A stretch of 64,000 nt of DNA from Octopus vulgaris (GCA_951406725.2 OX597816.1:104966001-105030000), one strand, 5' to 3'; positions 40,499-55,724 are shown, counted from the first letter of the stretch. The notes: a model not told the origin generated them from the sequence alone. Numbers and translations are program-made.

Positions 40499-41100
40499 AT
40501 TCAGTAGTCTTATTTTTATAACGTGCTTTCACTGCACTACCGAGCGCAGCTCTCTGTGCCTTGGGTATGTGCTGTGGTTTGCTGTGATGCTCTTATGGTT
40601 ACTGTATTGAAAGTGTTTTACGTAGGATGTGTGCAGTGCCTAGTAGTGCTGCTTTCTGTATATTATATATATTTGTTAGTCCTGGTGTTTTTGTTATGTA
40701 TTTGTCTATTTTTCAGGTTGGGTAGTATTGAACCCAATGCACCGATGACAATAGGGACAACCTTTATGTTTGACTCTTGTAGCTGCCACATCTTAGCGAT
40801 CTCAGTTTTCAGGTCTCCATATTTATCAAGCTTTTTTTTTTCTTTCATGATAATATGTTGATATCTTGGCACTGCCACGTCGATTATTAGGCACACTTGT
40901 TTGTCCCTCCTGAAGGTTACTATATCCAACCTTCAGTGCTCTAACGCTTTCTCCACCTTCTCCTTTTTGTCCATTACTTTTTCCGGTGTATGTTGGTACC
41001 AACCACCCATTACCTCGTATCCATATTTCTGGCATAGTAGCCAGTGAAGGTTGTCGTGCCTGTGCTTATACTATTTCTGCGCAAGACATTCAAGAATATT
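40499..41100 (-). mobile_element. R4/Dong-like LINE 3' fragment (RLE endonuclease)
   Basis: DIV...CLIIDVAVP...KLDKYGDL...VVPIVIGALG; 3' UTR shared with 44278-44848; flanked by (TTA)n. Confidence 0.88.
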
Positions 41101-41105
41101 TTTTA

Positions 41106-41203
<98 letters not shown>

Positions 41204-41365
41204 GACCCTCTTGGTCTCCTGGTAACCGCCCAGTGTGTTCATACCTTTAGACGTCCATGGAAAGACCTAGATATAGCTCATACACAAATGATCTTTCATT
41301 TTTCGTAATACTTCATGCAAATACAATTTTATACACACACAGACGCACACACATACACACACACA

Positions 41366-41405
<40 letters not shown>

Positions 41406-41632
41406 TATATACATATATATACTGTATATATGTGCATTAGTAAATTTATGTATGCCTAAATGTGTATACTTGGCGGCTGGTGCTTTAGTGTAGTTTATCT
41501 TTTCCAAGTAGCTATATATGGATATTTGCATGTGTTCGTAAGCGTTTTTTCTGTATACGCATTTCACATATATGATTGTGTGTCTGTGTGCATGTGAGTA
41601 TCTATTTGTGTGTATATATGTTTGTATGTGTG

Positions 41633-41706
<74 letters not shown>

Positions 41707-41766
41707 ATATATTCACACACACATATAGACATACATACATTCACACATATATTCATATATATATAA

Positions 41767-41818
<52 letters not shown>

Positions 41819-42486
41819 GCTTACATACGTTCAAACATACATACATGTAAGTTTCTACTTGTAACTGCGTGTGTGCTGTTGTAGAAGCATGTACGTATTC
41901 ATTTATATATAAGTTTGTTGAAAAGAATACGATGGTACACATAGAAGAATTGTATATTTTAATAACTTCGACAGACTTGTTCACATCATATATTTCACTA
42001 AACTCGCTTGTCAACACGAACAATTATTTCTTATAACAGCATTATAAAAGGAGATAAATAAAAAGATTACTTATTTTATTCAAAACTTTACAAATGATAT
42101 CTTTTATTTTCTTTGATACATTTATGATACTTTTTTTTTCGTTTTCTGCTTTGTTTACTGTCTTTCGTTGCATAAAACCTTTTTCTTTTCTTCCTTGTTT
42201 GTTTGTTTGTTTTTTGTATTAATTTTCTCTAATTTAAAAACAAGAACATATAATTCATTTAAACTAAATAAATTACATACATACATTTATATACATGCAT
42301 ACATACATACACACATACATACAAATATATATAAACATATACACGTGCGCGCACACACACATACACACACGCACAAACACACACACACACAAGCATAACA
42401 CACACACACATATTCATGAATGGAAATATATGTGCACATTCACACGCACTCATGCGCACATACGCGGGCAAAAAAACATCATATAT

Positions 42487-42576
<90 letters not shown>

Positions 42577-42656
42577 AGAGAGGGAAAATGAGAGAAAAAA
42601 AGATAAGTATTTGCATACGCATATATGTATAATTGTTCGGGGTGTACATATATATA

Positions 42657-42688
<32 letters not shown>

Positions 42689-42713
42689 CATGTATGTATA
42701 TGTATATATACGT

Positions 42714-42812
42714 GGACTGGTGCAGCTTTCGGGCTCCCCAGACCCCAGTTGAACCGTCCAACCCATGCTAGCATGGAAAGCGGACGTTAAATGATGATGA
42801 TGATGATGATGA
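42714..42812 (+). mobile_element. RTE-type SINE/LINE 3' tail ending in (ATG)n
   Basis: ccgtccaacccatgctagcatggaaagcggacgttaaatgatgatg. Confidence 0.55.
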
Positions 42813-42942
42813 TATATATGCATATATATGCATATATATTACATATATATATATATATTTACATATAAATATATATATATATACACACATATAAACATAT
42901 ATATATGTATATATATATATACATACATATATATACATATAA

Positions 42943-42992
<50 letters not shown>

Positions 42993-43199
42993 ATATATAC
43001 ATATATACATATATGTGTGTGTGTGTGTATTTAATTTTGTATGTTTACATTGTGTAGAAAATACAAACGATTAAATTGTCTGTTATTTTATTGTTTTAGA
43101 TAAGTATAATAGTAGAATTGTGTTAAAACAGACTAGAAATGTTTTAAAGAAAGATGAAATTGCATTGCATTTATATAATAATGATAATATCAATAATAA

Positions 43200-44195
43200 T
43201 TTCTTTTATTTGTCACAGGGGCATCATAATAGGGAAACATTACAAAGACTGGTTACAATTTGTGGCTGGGGTTACATGTAGATAAGGGTAAAGGTAATAT
43301 AAAGTGGGTGAAATGAAATAAAAATATAGATAGTACACAAATATTTGAACACATGAATGAAGCAGCCTTCATGATACAGAAGGATCTCCAACAAGTACCA
43401 ATCGAGGAACTCACAGAGCTAGGCCTCTTTCCACGTGGAACTTTAGGAAGTAGATGACGGCTTCACGGAAGGAGCAGGTGTCTTTCCTCAATTCATTCAG
43501 CCTTGTCCACCACACAACCTCCTTCGCAATAGCCGCTAAACAAAGTCACACAACTTGCTCTGCCCTGCCGTGGGTCAATTCTATAATGGATTCGGCCGAT
43601 AGTCGGAATCGTCCTGCACACGAGAACAAGTTGTTCGACATAAGTCCACAAATTAGCAGTGGTCGGACACAGCACGAGTGCATGCAGTACGGTTTCGCCG
43701 CTCTGAGCAGATCTCGGGTATGTTGAGTTTATCTCAAAACGACCGAGCCCCTCTGTAGCATCACCAGGCCAGGGATCTATGGATGTTATCCTCGGTACTT
43801 CTTGGTCAAAACGTCCATCGAAACAGACCAGATAGTTCACCGTTGTCGATGCTTTGAGTTTCTCCGAGAATATCATCGTTCTTAGTCCCCATTAAGCCTC
43901 CATATATTACTAATGTATAATAGATTCTTCCATAGACCATGGACCGCATTATCCAACTGTAGTGGGTGCTGAACGCTTGGCGGTATTTCAGATCCCAGAC
44001 TCCTATTCTTGGTCTTTTCTGCAGAAAGACGTGTCGTACAAACGGGGACATCACCGGCTCACAATATCTGTAGATGGCATAGATTCTGCACGTGTCTACA
44101 AACCAGCAACTACGACATGCTATATCCGCTTTCCTGGCGGTTCTAGCAACAGATCGATCACCTGGCCAGTGAAACACGTCCTTTCCACAAGAGGC
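43200..44195 (-). mobile_element. L1/Tx1-like LINE 3' fragment (decayed)
   Basis: Minus ORF ...YPRSAQSGETVLHALVLCP..ANLW resembles the ORF2 C-terminal zinc knuckle; AATAAA near the 3' end. Confidence 0.6.
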
Positions 44196-44216
44196 GGAAT
44201 AATAACAATGATGATG

Positions 44217-44277
<61 letters not shown>

Positions 44278-44279
<2 letters not shown>

Positions 44280-44843
44280 GAACCTACATACATTGGAAGC
44301 TATGCCAACATTATGGAATAACAACAGAAAAAAGATGGTATAGGCACACACCAGAAAAGGTCACAGAAAACGAGAAAGCAACCATACTCTGGGATATGCC
44401 GATACACACAGATAGAGAAATTAAGGCCAACATACCAGATATAGTTGTCAGAGATCATGAAGGAAAAAAATGCTTTCTAATTGATGTATCAATACCGGCA
44501 GATGACAACGTGTCTCTAAAAGAAATGGAGAAACTCTCAAAATACAAAGACCTGGAAATAGAGGTAACTAGAATGTGGAATCTGAAAACAGAAACAATTC
44601 CTATCATAGTAGGTGCATTAGACATGATAAAAAAATATTCAGACAAATACATAACAAAAACACCAGGACTTACAAACACATATAACATACAGAAAATTGC
44701 ACTACTAGGCACTGCACACATCCTACGCAGAACACTTTCCATACAATAACCATCAGAGCATCACAACAAATCACAGCACATACCCAAGGCACACAGAGCT
44801 GCGCTCGGTAGTGAAGTGAAAGCACGCTATAAAAATAAAACTA

Positions 44844-44848
<5 letters not shown>
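44278..44848 (+). mobile_element. R4/Dong-like LINE 3' fragment (RLE endonuclease)
   Basis: ILWDMPIHTDREIKANIPDIVV...LIDVSIPADDNV...EKLSKYKDL...IPIIVGAL; (TAA)n on both sides. Confidence 0.92.
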
Positions 44849-44918
<70 letters not shown>

Positions 44919-45033
44919 AAGAAGAAGAAGAAGAAGAAGAAGAAGAAGAAGAAGAAGAAGAAGAAGAAGAAGAAGAAGAAGAAGAAGAAGAAGAAGAAGA
45001 AGAAGAAGAAGAAGAAGAAGAAGAAGAAGAAGA
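44848..45033. repeat. (TAA)n then (GAA)n microsatellite
   Basis: Direct reading. Confidence 0.98.
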
Positions 45034-45490
45034 ATTTTTACAGATATAGATACCAACGTTACCTACAATTACACACTGTTAGAAGATCAGGGCTAATCGA
45101 CCAGATATTGTTGTCAGGGGCTAGAAAAGAGAAGAAATCCCTCCTGATGAACATAAAAGTCCCAAAAGATGATAATATATCGATGTAGAAATTATTAAAT
45201 TCTGTAAATGAAGATAATCCAAATGTGGACCTAAAAACAGAAGCAATTCCTACAATAATAGGTGCTTTGAGAATGACCAAAACTATGCAGAAGAATACAT
45301 GACTAGAAGTCCAGGACTTATAAATATGCATGACATACAGAATTAGCAAAGCTAGGTACCATACACTTTCTTACGCAGATAGACTACTTTCAATATAGTA
45401 AAAATAACAAATCGAAACAAAATACCCAAGGTACTCAGAGCTGTGCTTGGTATTGCAGTGAAAGCACGTAATAAAAATTAGACAACTGAT
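45034..45490 (+). mobile_element. R4/Dong-like LINE 3' fragment, older
   Basis: RANRPDIVVR, IPTIIGAL and shared 3' UTR. Confidence 0.8.
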
Positions 45491-45565
45491 AAAGAAGATG
45501 GTGATAATGATGATGATGATGATGATGACGACGATGACGAGGATGATGGTGATAGTAGTAGTAGC

Positions 45566-45619
<54 letters not shown>

Positions 45620-46338
45620 TCGAAAAAACTTCATGTGCTTAAATGTGAAGCTGTCATATACAAATATGTTTATTACACTTTGCTAACGATATTTGACGAC
45701 TTATCCACATGTCCGTCTCTATATTTGTCTATCTACTTATCTCACAATCTATTTAATATTTTTTTTATTTCACCATGTATTTTTTTTATTTCCCCACGGG
45801 CATCGATTTAGCACGTTCTTTTCCTGTCTAATGTTTAAGTATTAGTGTGCATCTATTTAACATTATCTTCTTCCGCCTATCACTTGATAAAGGTGCATGT
45901 GTGCGTGCGTGCATGTGTGCGTGCATGCATGTGTGCGCGTATATGTGCGCGTGTGCCAACAGGCGTGTATGTATGAGTGAGTAAATCTGTGTCTCTGCTT
46001 GTACACACGTGCGTGTATGTGTGTATATATGTGATGCGTGAGTGTTGTGCATTTCTTGCTGTCATTTCTGATCAATGAAATTAGAACCCGCATATCCATA
46101 GAGAAATATCCGTATAATAGCAAATGCTCATAGTCTGGTTGTGTATTCAAATAAAAGTGACAAGCATTTCTCAGCCGGGGTTCACCGGAACCCTAGGGTT
46201 CCGTAAAAGGTTGCTAGGGGTTCCGCGAGGAAGAGTGAGATAAGCCAAAAGCCAATACTAATTTCATGATCGTGATATCACTATACATGCACAACATATT
46301 ATTGGTTATTGTAATATTATATATATATATAATTTGTT

Positions 46339-46571
46339 TATTTGTGAATTAAGGCTGGTTTCATGTAAGAAAAGTAGGAAAATATCCAAGTGTCTTGATT
46401 TTTCAAGCTGATCACATGGATAAAGGTGTTCGCATTCATTTGAAGCTATGTTTTACAAAATGGAGGCGTACACCTTTGTTCATGTGATCGGCTTGAAAAA
46501 TTGTTAAGGGACTAGGATATTTTCCTACTTTTCTTAACATGAAATCAATGGTAGCCTCAATTCACAAATAA
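46339..46571. repeat. Palindromic MITE-like element (~105-bp arms)
   Basis: ttatttgtgaattaaggct...aagaaaagtaggaaaatatcc / ggatattttcctacttttctt...agcctcaattcacaaataa. Confidence 0.8.
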
Positions 46572-46622
46572 AGGAACTATATCTACCACCGCAGCGTTGA
46601 GCACTCATTTTCATCGTTTGAT

Positions 46623-48420
46623 GCGCCTTCTTTTGCCAACCTAGTGATGGGATACCTCGAGAAAATACTCTACCAGAAAACACTCGAGAAATATGGAAAC
46701 CCTTACTCCACCTATATCCAGAACAACTGGAAAAGATACCTCGACGACTGATTCATCCTCTGGGATAAAAGTATAGAGAAACTTGAGGAATTTAAAATAC
46801 TATTAAATGGAATAAATGAGTATATTCAGTTCACGATGGATCATAACGAAGAAGAATTGCCATTTTTAGACATCCTCATTAAGAAAGTCAGAAACAAAAT
46901 AGAGACAGATATCTATTATAAACTGATAGACTCAAAGCAGTACCTACCCTTTGATTCATGCCACCCAAGACACACTAGAATAAATGTCCCATTTTGTTTA
47001 GCTAGAAGGATTTGCACCATAATATCAGACACAAACACCCGACACACACGTCTCCAGGAACTTAGAACTACACTTATAAATAGAAATTATCCACAGCTCC
47101 TAATAGACAGTGCAATCCAACGAGCACTTAAATTAAGTATAGAAGACCTGAGACAAACAAAACCAGAAAAGAAAGAAAAATTAAAAACCCTTCCCTACAT
47201 CTCTACACACAACCCACTTAACAATGAGGCCTTCAACACCATACTACAAAGCACAGCCCTACTAAAGGGAGACCCAAAGATGAACCGGATCCTCGAAACA
47301 CACACCATCATTAAAAGTAAACGGCAACCAAAATCCTTGAAAAAGATTTTAACCCAAGCTAAACTGCACTCAACATCAACCACAAAACCAAGTTAGAAAA
47401 TGTGGAAAGCCCAACTGCGGAATCTGTGTCATCTTGGTAGAAGGTTCAGAATTCACATTAGAACAAGGCCATCAGTTTACCATCAGAACAAACTTCACCT
47501 GTGCATCAGAAAACTTAATTTACGTCTTAACATGCGCAGGTTGCAATAGGCAGTATATAGGCCATACAAAAACAGCGTACAAAAAGGATGGCGGTGCATA
47601 AATCCCAAATTAGAACTCCTGAATACCGGAAAATACCAGTCAGCGGATAGATGTGCTTCAAATAAAAATCCGAAATTTACCACTTGCCCACTTTACAAAT
47701 TCAGTGACAGCGTAACCTTCACTCAACGCCAAAATAAAGAACTTTATTTCATTAAAAAATTTAGACCAAGTTTGAACACCCTGGGCCAGGAATATTAAAA
47801 CAAAACATTGGTCTTCCGAAAAGAAAAATGGAATCCTACCACAACCACCACGATCACTACGACTGCTACCACTATCACTACTACTACAACCACCATGGTC
47901 ACTACTATTACTACTACAATCAACAGTCGTCCACTACTGCTGCTGCTACGGCCACAGCTTAACTGCTGCAACCCCAACCACCACCACGGTTACCACTACT
48001 ACGACCAACAGTAACTGCTACTACTGCCATTTCAGCCACTGGTCATTCTGATGCTACTACTACTGCCACAGCTAAGCCGCTACAACCAATGAGCTGCTGC
48101 AACCCCAGCCACCACCACGGTTACTACTACTACGACCAACAATCACTACTGCTACTACCATTTCAGTCGCGGGTCATTCGAACACAAGAAAGCTAAAAAA
48201 CAACCACGTGGATCCTGTTGAGACCAGCAAGAAACAATTATGAACTTCTTTATTACACTCAACTTGAAATTTATAGCTATTATACCTACTACCGACAAAA
48301 CACCACTACATGGATTCTATTGAGACCAGTAAGAAACAATTATGAACTTTTCTATTACACTTAACTTTTTTAAATATTTTTGATAAGGTTCGTTTTTTCA
48401 AGAACCGAAACATGTAAACT
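46623..48420 (+). mobile_element. Penelope-like element, 5'-truncated: RT, GIY-YIG endonuclease and repetitive 3' region
   Basis: APSFANLVMGYLE, RYLDD, LPFLDILI, YLPFDSCHP, NLIYVLTCAGCNRQYIGHT; hammerhead-like motif at the 3' end. Confidence 0.92.
48377..48419 (+). ncRNA. Type I hammerhead-like motif, U3-A8 core
   Basis: UUGAUAA-GGUUC(GUUUUUUCAA)GAACC-GAAA-CAUG-UA; stem I is weak (2 bp). Confidence 0.45.
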
Positions 48421-48484
48421 TCCTAAGAAAATTAAAATTTATCTAATATAGTGGCATTTTCAAACTTCTTCTTTACAAATAAAT

Positions 48485-49185
<701 letters not shown>

Positions 49186-50160
49186 GTCTCGCTCCTCGTT
49201 AATTCTTCTGTCCATCTGCTTCTAGAGCTCTCTCTCTCTTCTCTTTCCCTTCCTTAATCCTTTTGTTCCTCTGCTTCTATTTTTCTCGCTCTTCTCTTTC
49301 CACGTGACCGATAGGCTAGACTGCTCGCTCTTTCTGGATCTGACCGTGGTCCGTGCAATATCGATATTCTTCCCTGTGTATCTGTGAAATCTCTGTATCT
49401 CTGCCGTCAGGCTTCATTTCCACACAAGCCAGCTGAATTCAATTCGTCCCCAGTCGAAAGACACCTGTTGTTATGTCCTGTCATTATTATTTTTATTGCA
49501 TTTATATTTGTGTAACATTGTCTGTTTATCCGCCCTTGTTTTTGTATACATTCGATGCTTTCTTCCAAGGAATCTAATGCTCCTTAGCTTAGGCTGGCCA
49601 GATTGGATCAATCTCAAGATTAATCAGCCGAAATTGCGAGGATGATCTGGTTCTTGACCGAGGATAGAAAGCTTCGAATAACCCGTCCTTGTTTTTTTGT
49701 ATCGTCTATCTGGATGTTTTGTTGTCACTTTTTGTATCACCTAATTTTCCGGATATTTTGCATTCTTATCCCATTTTGTATTATATATATATATATTCAT
49801 AAACAGATTTATGCAAATAAATGCATACATATTTATATGTGTATAATCACTTGTACATCTATATATGTAAAAATAAGCGAAAATATATACCTGTGTTTAT
49901 AATATTTATAAACTTTGGTGTACACTTTTTATGTATTTGTACATGGTTTATATCACTTTTACGTAGACGCATGTACATGATATCTATGTAATACTGATAA
50001 ACTTTTTATAGAAAACCACACACTCATATATATATATATAGTGCATGCTAATATTTGCATATATATGTGTATGTATATATGCCTATACATATACGTATAT
50101 ATATATATGCCTATACATATACATGTATATATATATACATACATATATATATATATTCTT

Positions 50161-50381
50161 CTTTTATTTGTTTCAGTGATTTGACTTCGGCCATGTAGGA
50201 GCACCGCCTTTAGTCGAGCAAATCGACCCCAGGTCTTATTCTTTGTAAGCCTATTACTTATTCCATCGGTCTCTCTTGCCGAACCGCTAAGTGACGGGGA
50301 CGCAAACACGCCAGCATCGGTTGTGAAGCGATGTTCGGGGACAAACACAGACACAAATACATACATACATACATACATACA

Positions 50382-50412
<31 letters not shown>

Positions 50413-50562
50413 GTATGTGTGTGTGTGTGTATTCTCTTTTACTTGTTTCAGTCATTTGACAGCAGCCATGCTAGCGCACCGCCTTTAGTCGAGCAAATCG
50501 ACCCCAGGACTTATTCTTTGGAAGCCTAGTACTTATTCTATCGGTCTCTTTGCCGAACCGGT
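50161..50562 (-). mobile_element. Two tandem SINE family A 3' halves (50161-50360, 50437-50562)
   Basis: Similarity to 38900-39332. Confidence 0.85.
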
Positions 50563-50844
50563 AATTTAAAAATAGGATAAAATCTTTATAAGAATCTATC
50601 AAGTACTCAGCGTGAAAAACCTCATAAGGGAAACATTTTTAATTATTCCCCTTAAATATATTTATTTATATTAAGGGCATTACTATACATAAATGCCTCA
50701 CGTTATGAGAGACTCTTTAAGGCAAAACTACCATAATAAATAGCGTTCCGAACGCGAGGGGAATGCAACTCTTGAAGCATTTCCCTCGCGTTCAGTATAC
50801 TGTATTTATTATGGTAGTTTTGACTTTAAGACTTTAAGTTTTGA

Positions 50845-51051
50845 GTGACCGCGTGTGTACCGTTGGCGATTTTTTTTCCTCCGTCTTCCCTTCTTTGGAT
50901 CTTTCCTTTTCCTATGTTTCTGACGAAGAGCTTCGCTCGAAACGTTAAACCCTCCTTCTTTCCTTCTTTCCTGAGCGTCCAATAATACTATACTTGTTCC
51001 ACGTCCTCGTGTTGTTGTGTTTTCTCTTTGTGTTTTCATGTTTGGATTAAC
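50845..51051 (+). mobile_element. PLE-terminal-like short repeat H1
   Basis: Matches the 24230 and 28712 copies; ends ggattaac then (TA)n. Confidence 0.75.
50916..50950 (+). ncRNA. Minimal type I hammerhead-like motif, canonical core
   Basis: GUUU-CUGACGA-A-GAGC(UUC)GCUC-GAAA-CG-UU-AAAC; palindromic ACGU stem III; predicted cut after 50946. Confidence 0.7.
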
Positions 51052-51090
51052 TATATATATATATATATATATATTTACATATATATATAT

Positions 51091-51253
51091 ACGACGGACT
51101 ACTTTCAATTTCCTCTACCAAATCCACTCACAAGGCTTTGGTCGGTCCGACGCTATAGTAGAAGACACTTGCCCAAGGTGCCACGCAGTGGGACTGAACC
51201 CGGAACTATGTGGCTGGTAAGCAAGCTACTTACCACTCAGCTATTCCTGCGCC
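51091..51253 (-). mobile_element. SINE family A, 5' half
   Basis: gtagaagacacttgcccaaggtgccacgcagtgggactgaacccggaac. Confidence 0.88.
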
Positions 51254-51353
51254 AATATATATACTTACATATGCCTACCTATATGCTTATATATATATAA
51301 GCATATATGTAGGCATATGTAAGTATATATATATATATATATATATATGCGTG

Positions 51354-51389
<36 letters not shown>

Positions 51390-51424
51390 TATATATATCT
51401 ATTTAGAGAGAGAGAGAGAAACAT

Positions 51425-51462
<38 letters not shown>

Positions 51463-52405
51463 ATGTAAATAAATATATAAATAACACACAGACATTCACT
51501 CGTATACTCAAACATACATCTACTTCGGTTGAATGTATGTTACTTGCACATCTACGCGCGCGTTTGCGTTTGTGCGAGTTTATTGTGGTATGCATAAAGA
51601 GAAAGCGAGACGAGAGTTGGCAAACCACACTCTTTAAATATCAATCTATGCAAACCAACAATCTATTCATTCATCTGTCTTCCTCCTTTTCTACCTTTAT
51701 TTTATCTACTGTTCTATTATACTATTAATATATATCTATTCATGTTAAACAGCTCTATTACACATACATCACTTGTTTTTCCATTAATAATTTTGCTCTT
51801 TGTTCGTTGATTCAGTAAAGTTTTATTTGGAAATGCAAACTAACAAAAAATATATATATATAGATTACTTCTTGTGTTTTCGAAATTTCTACAATCTTTC
51901 TTGACATTCATTTTGTTTTTAGATTTTTTTTTATTTAGTCCTTCATTCCGTCATACTGTATTACGTGAGAATTCATAGCTATGATTCTATTATACAAACT
52001 GTGTGAGAGAGATCTCTCTTGGGTTTGAATTTGAATCATTCCAAAGTTGTTTCTCTGCAATTCTAACCAGGTGAATAGGCACAGAAATTTTTCATCAGTA
52101 AATAATAAATATAATATATTAAAATTAAATAAATAAAAAAAAAGGACAAAATATTTTCTTTGAATGAGAAATCACCTGGGAATTGTCAAATTTAACATTG
52201 GGTTGTGTTGAATGGATAGAGATATTCTATTTTAGTAAAATGGAAAAAAAAGGAAAAAATGCAAGAAATTAGATAAAGAAGGCATGTAAAGATGTAGACA
52301 AACCGAAGAACTAGTTGTCTACATGCACACATATTGAATATCTTTTCGCATCTTCCACTTTCTCTCCAGATACATAGATGAAGCAATAGAAAGGCATGTG
52401 GATAA

Positions 52406-52450
<45 letters not shown>

Positions 52451-53087
52451 TAAACATATATGTGTGTGTGTACGTATATATATATATATAATTCATTTAT
52501 ATATGTATATGTATATGTATATATACATATATATGTGTGTTATGTATATGCATAAACGCACACACATATATAAACGTTTGTGTGCATATATATATATATA
52601 TATATGCACGTACATAGAGATAGGTATGTGTGCCTATATACATATATGTATGCGTGTGTGTATGTGTATATATAAATACATGAATGTCCACTAATATTTT
52701 TATATCTGTATGCCATTGTGTGCCGGTTTGTGTGCGTTTGTGTGTGTGTGTGTGTGTGCGTGTGTGTGTGTGTGTGTGCGTGTGTGTGCGTGTGTGTGGA
52801 AATCAATGTTTGCAAAGTCTTTGAAGAGCTTGTGAGAATGCGTTGGTTTAGATGAAATTCGTGCCGATGCACAAAAACACACGTGTGTACATTTACCGAA
52901 CGCATTTTCTATAGCCAACGCCCCACCCCTTTTATATTCTGCTGTCCTTCTGTTGCCCTCTCTCTCTTTCTTTCCTTCATTCTCTTTATATTTTTTTTCT
53001 CATTATGTACATGCGTGTATGTGTGTGTGGATAAATACATACGTAAATACACACATACATGCATGCATATATATACACACACACATG

Positions 53088-53149
<62 letters not shown>

Positions 53150-53230
53150 TGTGTCTATGTGTGTTTGTGTGTGTATATATGCATGCATGTATGTATGTAT
53201 TTACGTACGTATTTATCCACACACACACAA

Positions 53231-53293
<63 letters not shown>

Positions 53294-53330
53294 GATATAT
53301 ATATATGTATGTATGTGTGTGTATGGATAA

Positions 53331-53383
<53 letters not shown>

Positions 53384-53699
53384 GATAAATATATATATAT
53401 ATATATATGGATCTCGATCAGTTTCGACTATGAGTATTCAGCTGCTTGATCAACTGTTCACCTGTTCAGTGGTTGATGGAGTAAGTAAATGAGAGGAGAG
53501 AATCATTAATTACATTCATTCTTTGGCAGAATTAACATGAAACTGTGAGCAACAAGATTATAGCTTTGAATTACGGATATAATCCGTCCTAGACTTCCCG
53601 TCTTACCAGCGTCATTCAAAAGGTAAAAGTTAACTCGAGGCTACCTTGCAGTAATGAAGCTACTCTTTCTGTTATAATTTGTGTCGAACGGTTAAAAAA

Positions 53700-54690
53700 A
53701 ATGTAAGACATACATACATGCATACATATATGCATACATACATACGTTCAAGCCACCGGCCAGATAATGTTGTGTAGAGCCACAAAGAAAAGATATGCTC
53801 TGTTGTGAAAATCAGCTGCCCTCTACATACCGATACTGTTAGAAAAAACAGAAAAGGGGTATGTATGGAGTTTGCTAATCCAGTACCCAAGATACACTTT
53901 CAGCTTCATACCTATTATTATTACAGGAACAGTGTTCATACCATCCCATCTGGAACAAAATATTACTGAACTTGGAATCTGGGGAGAGACACCAAAGCCT
54001 TAATTCATACGCTACAAATGATCAGGATTCTTGGACAATAAATATCTGCAAGACCTTAAGATTTAAAGGATGGTGGTTAAAACAAGATGCTTTCATTCAC
54101 AACTTTGCTAAGAGAAAGAGAACATACACACATACATACACGCACACATACATACATACATACATACATACATACATACATACATACATACATACATACA
54201 TACATACATACATACATACTACATCACATCACACTTTCAGAGCCATGTGTTTGTAATCAAGGAGAAGGAGATTGCCACGAAATACCTGGTGAACAAAAGA
54301 GACAGTGACGCTCTTGTAATCCCAAGGTGCAACCGCACGTGTAGGCCATGTCATGTTTTTGTGAAAGACACTACGCATGTGATTATCAGCTGTCCTAAAA
54401 TTTCACCGCGGTATTAGCTCCCAATGCGGCACGATGTTGTTGCTAAAACAATTTAAAATGCCATCCGCAAAAATGACTGTCCTGAAATAAACTTAGAAAA
54501 TCCCTCTATTATGGAATACATTCATAAACACCAACTCAAGGAATACTGGTGGAATATTCCCATCAAAATTCTGTCGAATGTAAACGTAACAGGTCGGATA
54601 TTGTTATTTTGGGATATAAGGGCAAAAGAATGTACCGTCATAGAGGTCAGCTGCCCTGCAGATATAAAACTGACTGAAACACATTCAAAT
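53700..54690 (+). mobile_element. RLE-type non-LTR retrotransposon fragment, interrupted by (TACA)n
   Basis: Cys/His knuckle remnant (CRPCHVF..EDTTHVIISCP), RHDVVAK, YWWNIPIK, CTVIEVSCPAD. 5' limit is uncertain. Confidence 0.75.
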
Positions 54691-55493
54691 GAATGATACA
54701 CACATTCCCACTCCATCTACGTACTCATACCAACACACACACACACACACACACACACACCCATTCAAACACCCATCAGACTGCCTCTCAAACACCCTTC
54801 TACTGCCACGACCATCCCATCTACGCAAACGTACAAAAACACACAAACACGCACACATACACCTGTCTCCATAGCTGCTGACCACTCACTACATTAGCAG
54901 ACACAAATAGATCACTCACATAAACACATGTAAGCAGTTAATACCACACACATCAGAAACACACGCACACAGTTACCACCATACTACATGCGCACTCAGT
55001 TACTGCCACCGAAACACGCTACCATACACACACACGATATCACACACACACCCATGTCACCACAACCACACGCGCACACACAGACTCAGTTACTCCACAC
55101 ACATGCTCAATTACTGCCACACACACATACTACCTTACGCACACACACACTATCACACTCACACACATGCCACTGCACACACACGCGGACACACCCACTC
55201 ATACACACAGATACTAACTATTCTTCACATACTTCTGTCCCAGAAAGCACCTTCTCTTTGTCCATCTACTTCTTGTCATTCCAAAATGTAACTACACGCG
55301 GACTGTTGGTGATTCATTTTTCTCCTTCTTCCTTTTCTTTTGGACTCTCCTATTTCCGAAGAAGAGCTTTGCTCGAAACGTAAAACAACCGCTCTTTCTT
55401 TCCTTCTCTGAGCATCTTATTAATATTTTGCATGTACCACGTCCTCGCGTTGTTGTTTTTTCTTGGCTTTTATCTCCGTTTTTTATTAACTAT
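54690..55493 (+). mobile_element. PLE-like CA-rich 3' region plus H1-related terminal repeat (hammerhead-like at 55352-55386)
   Basis: Same layout as 19560-20425; CCGAAGA-A-GAGC(TTT)GCTC-GAAACGTA. Confidence 0.6.
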
Positions 55494-55497
55494 TTGT

Positions 55498-55531
<34 letters not shown>

Positions 55532-55564
55532 TGTATGTATGTATGTATGTATGTATACATATAT

Positions 55565-55618
<54 letters not shown>

Positions 55619-55678
55619 ATACATATAATAAATATTTTGTTTTGCAAAATAGTGGTTTTGTCTCGAATTAATATTATA

Positions 55679-55724
<46 letters not shown>

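Noticed and set aside
47808-48170. Thr-rich mucin-like ORF
   Set aside because: Degenerate (ACT/ACC)n and tandem duplications within the PLE 3' region
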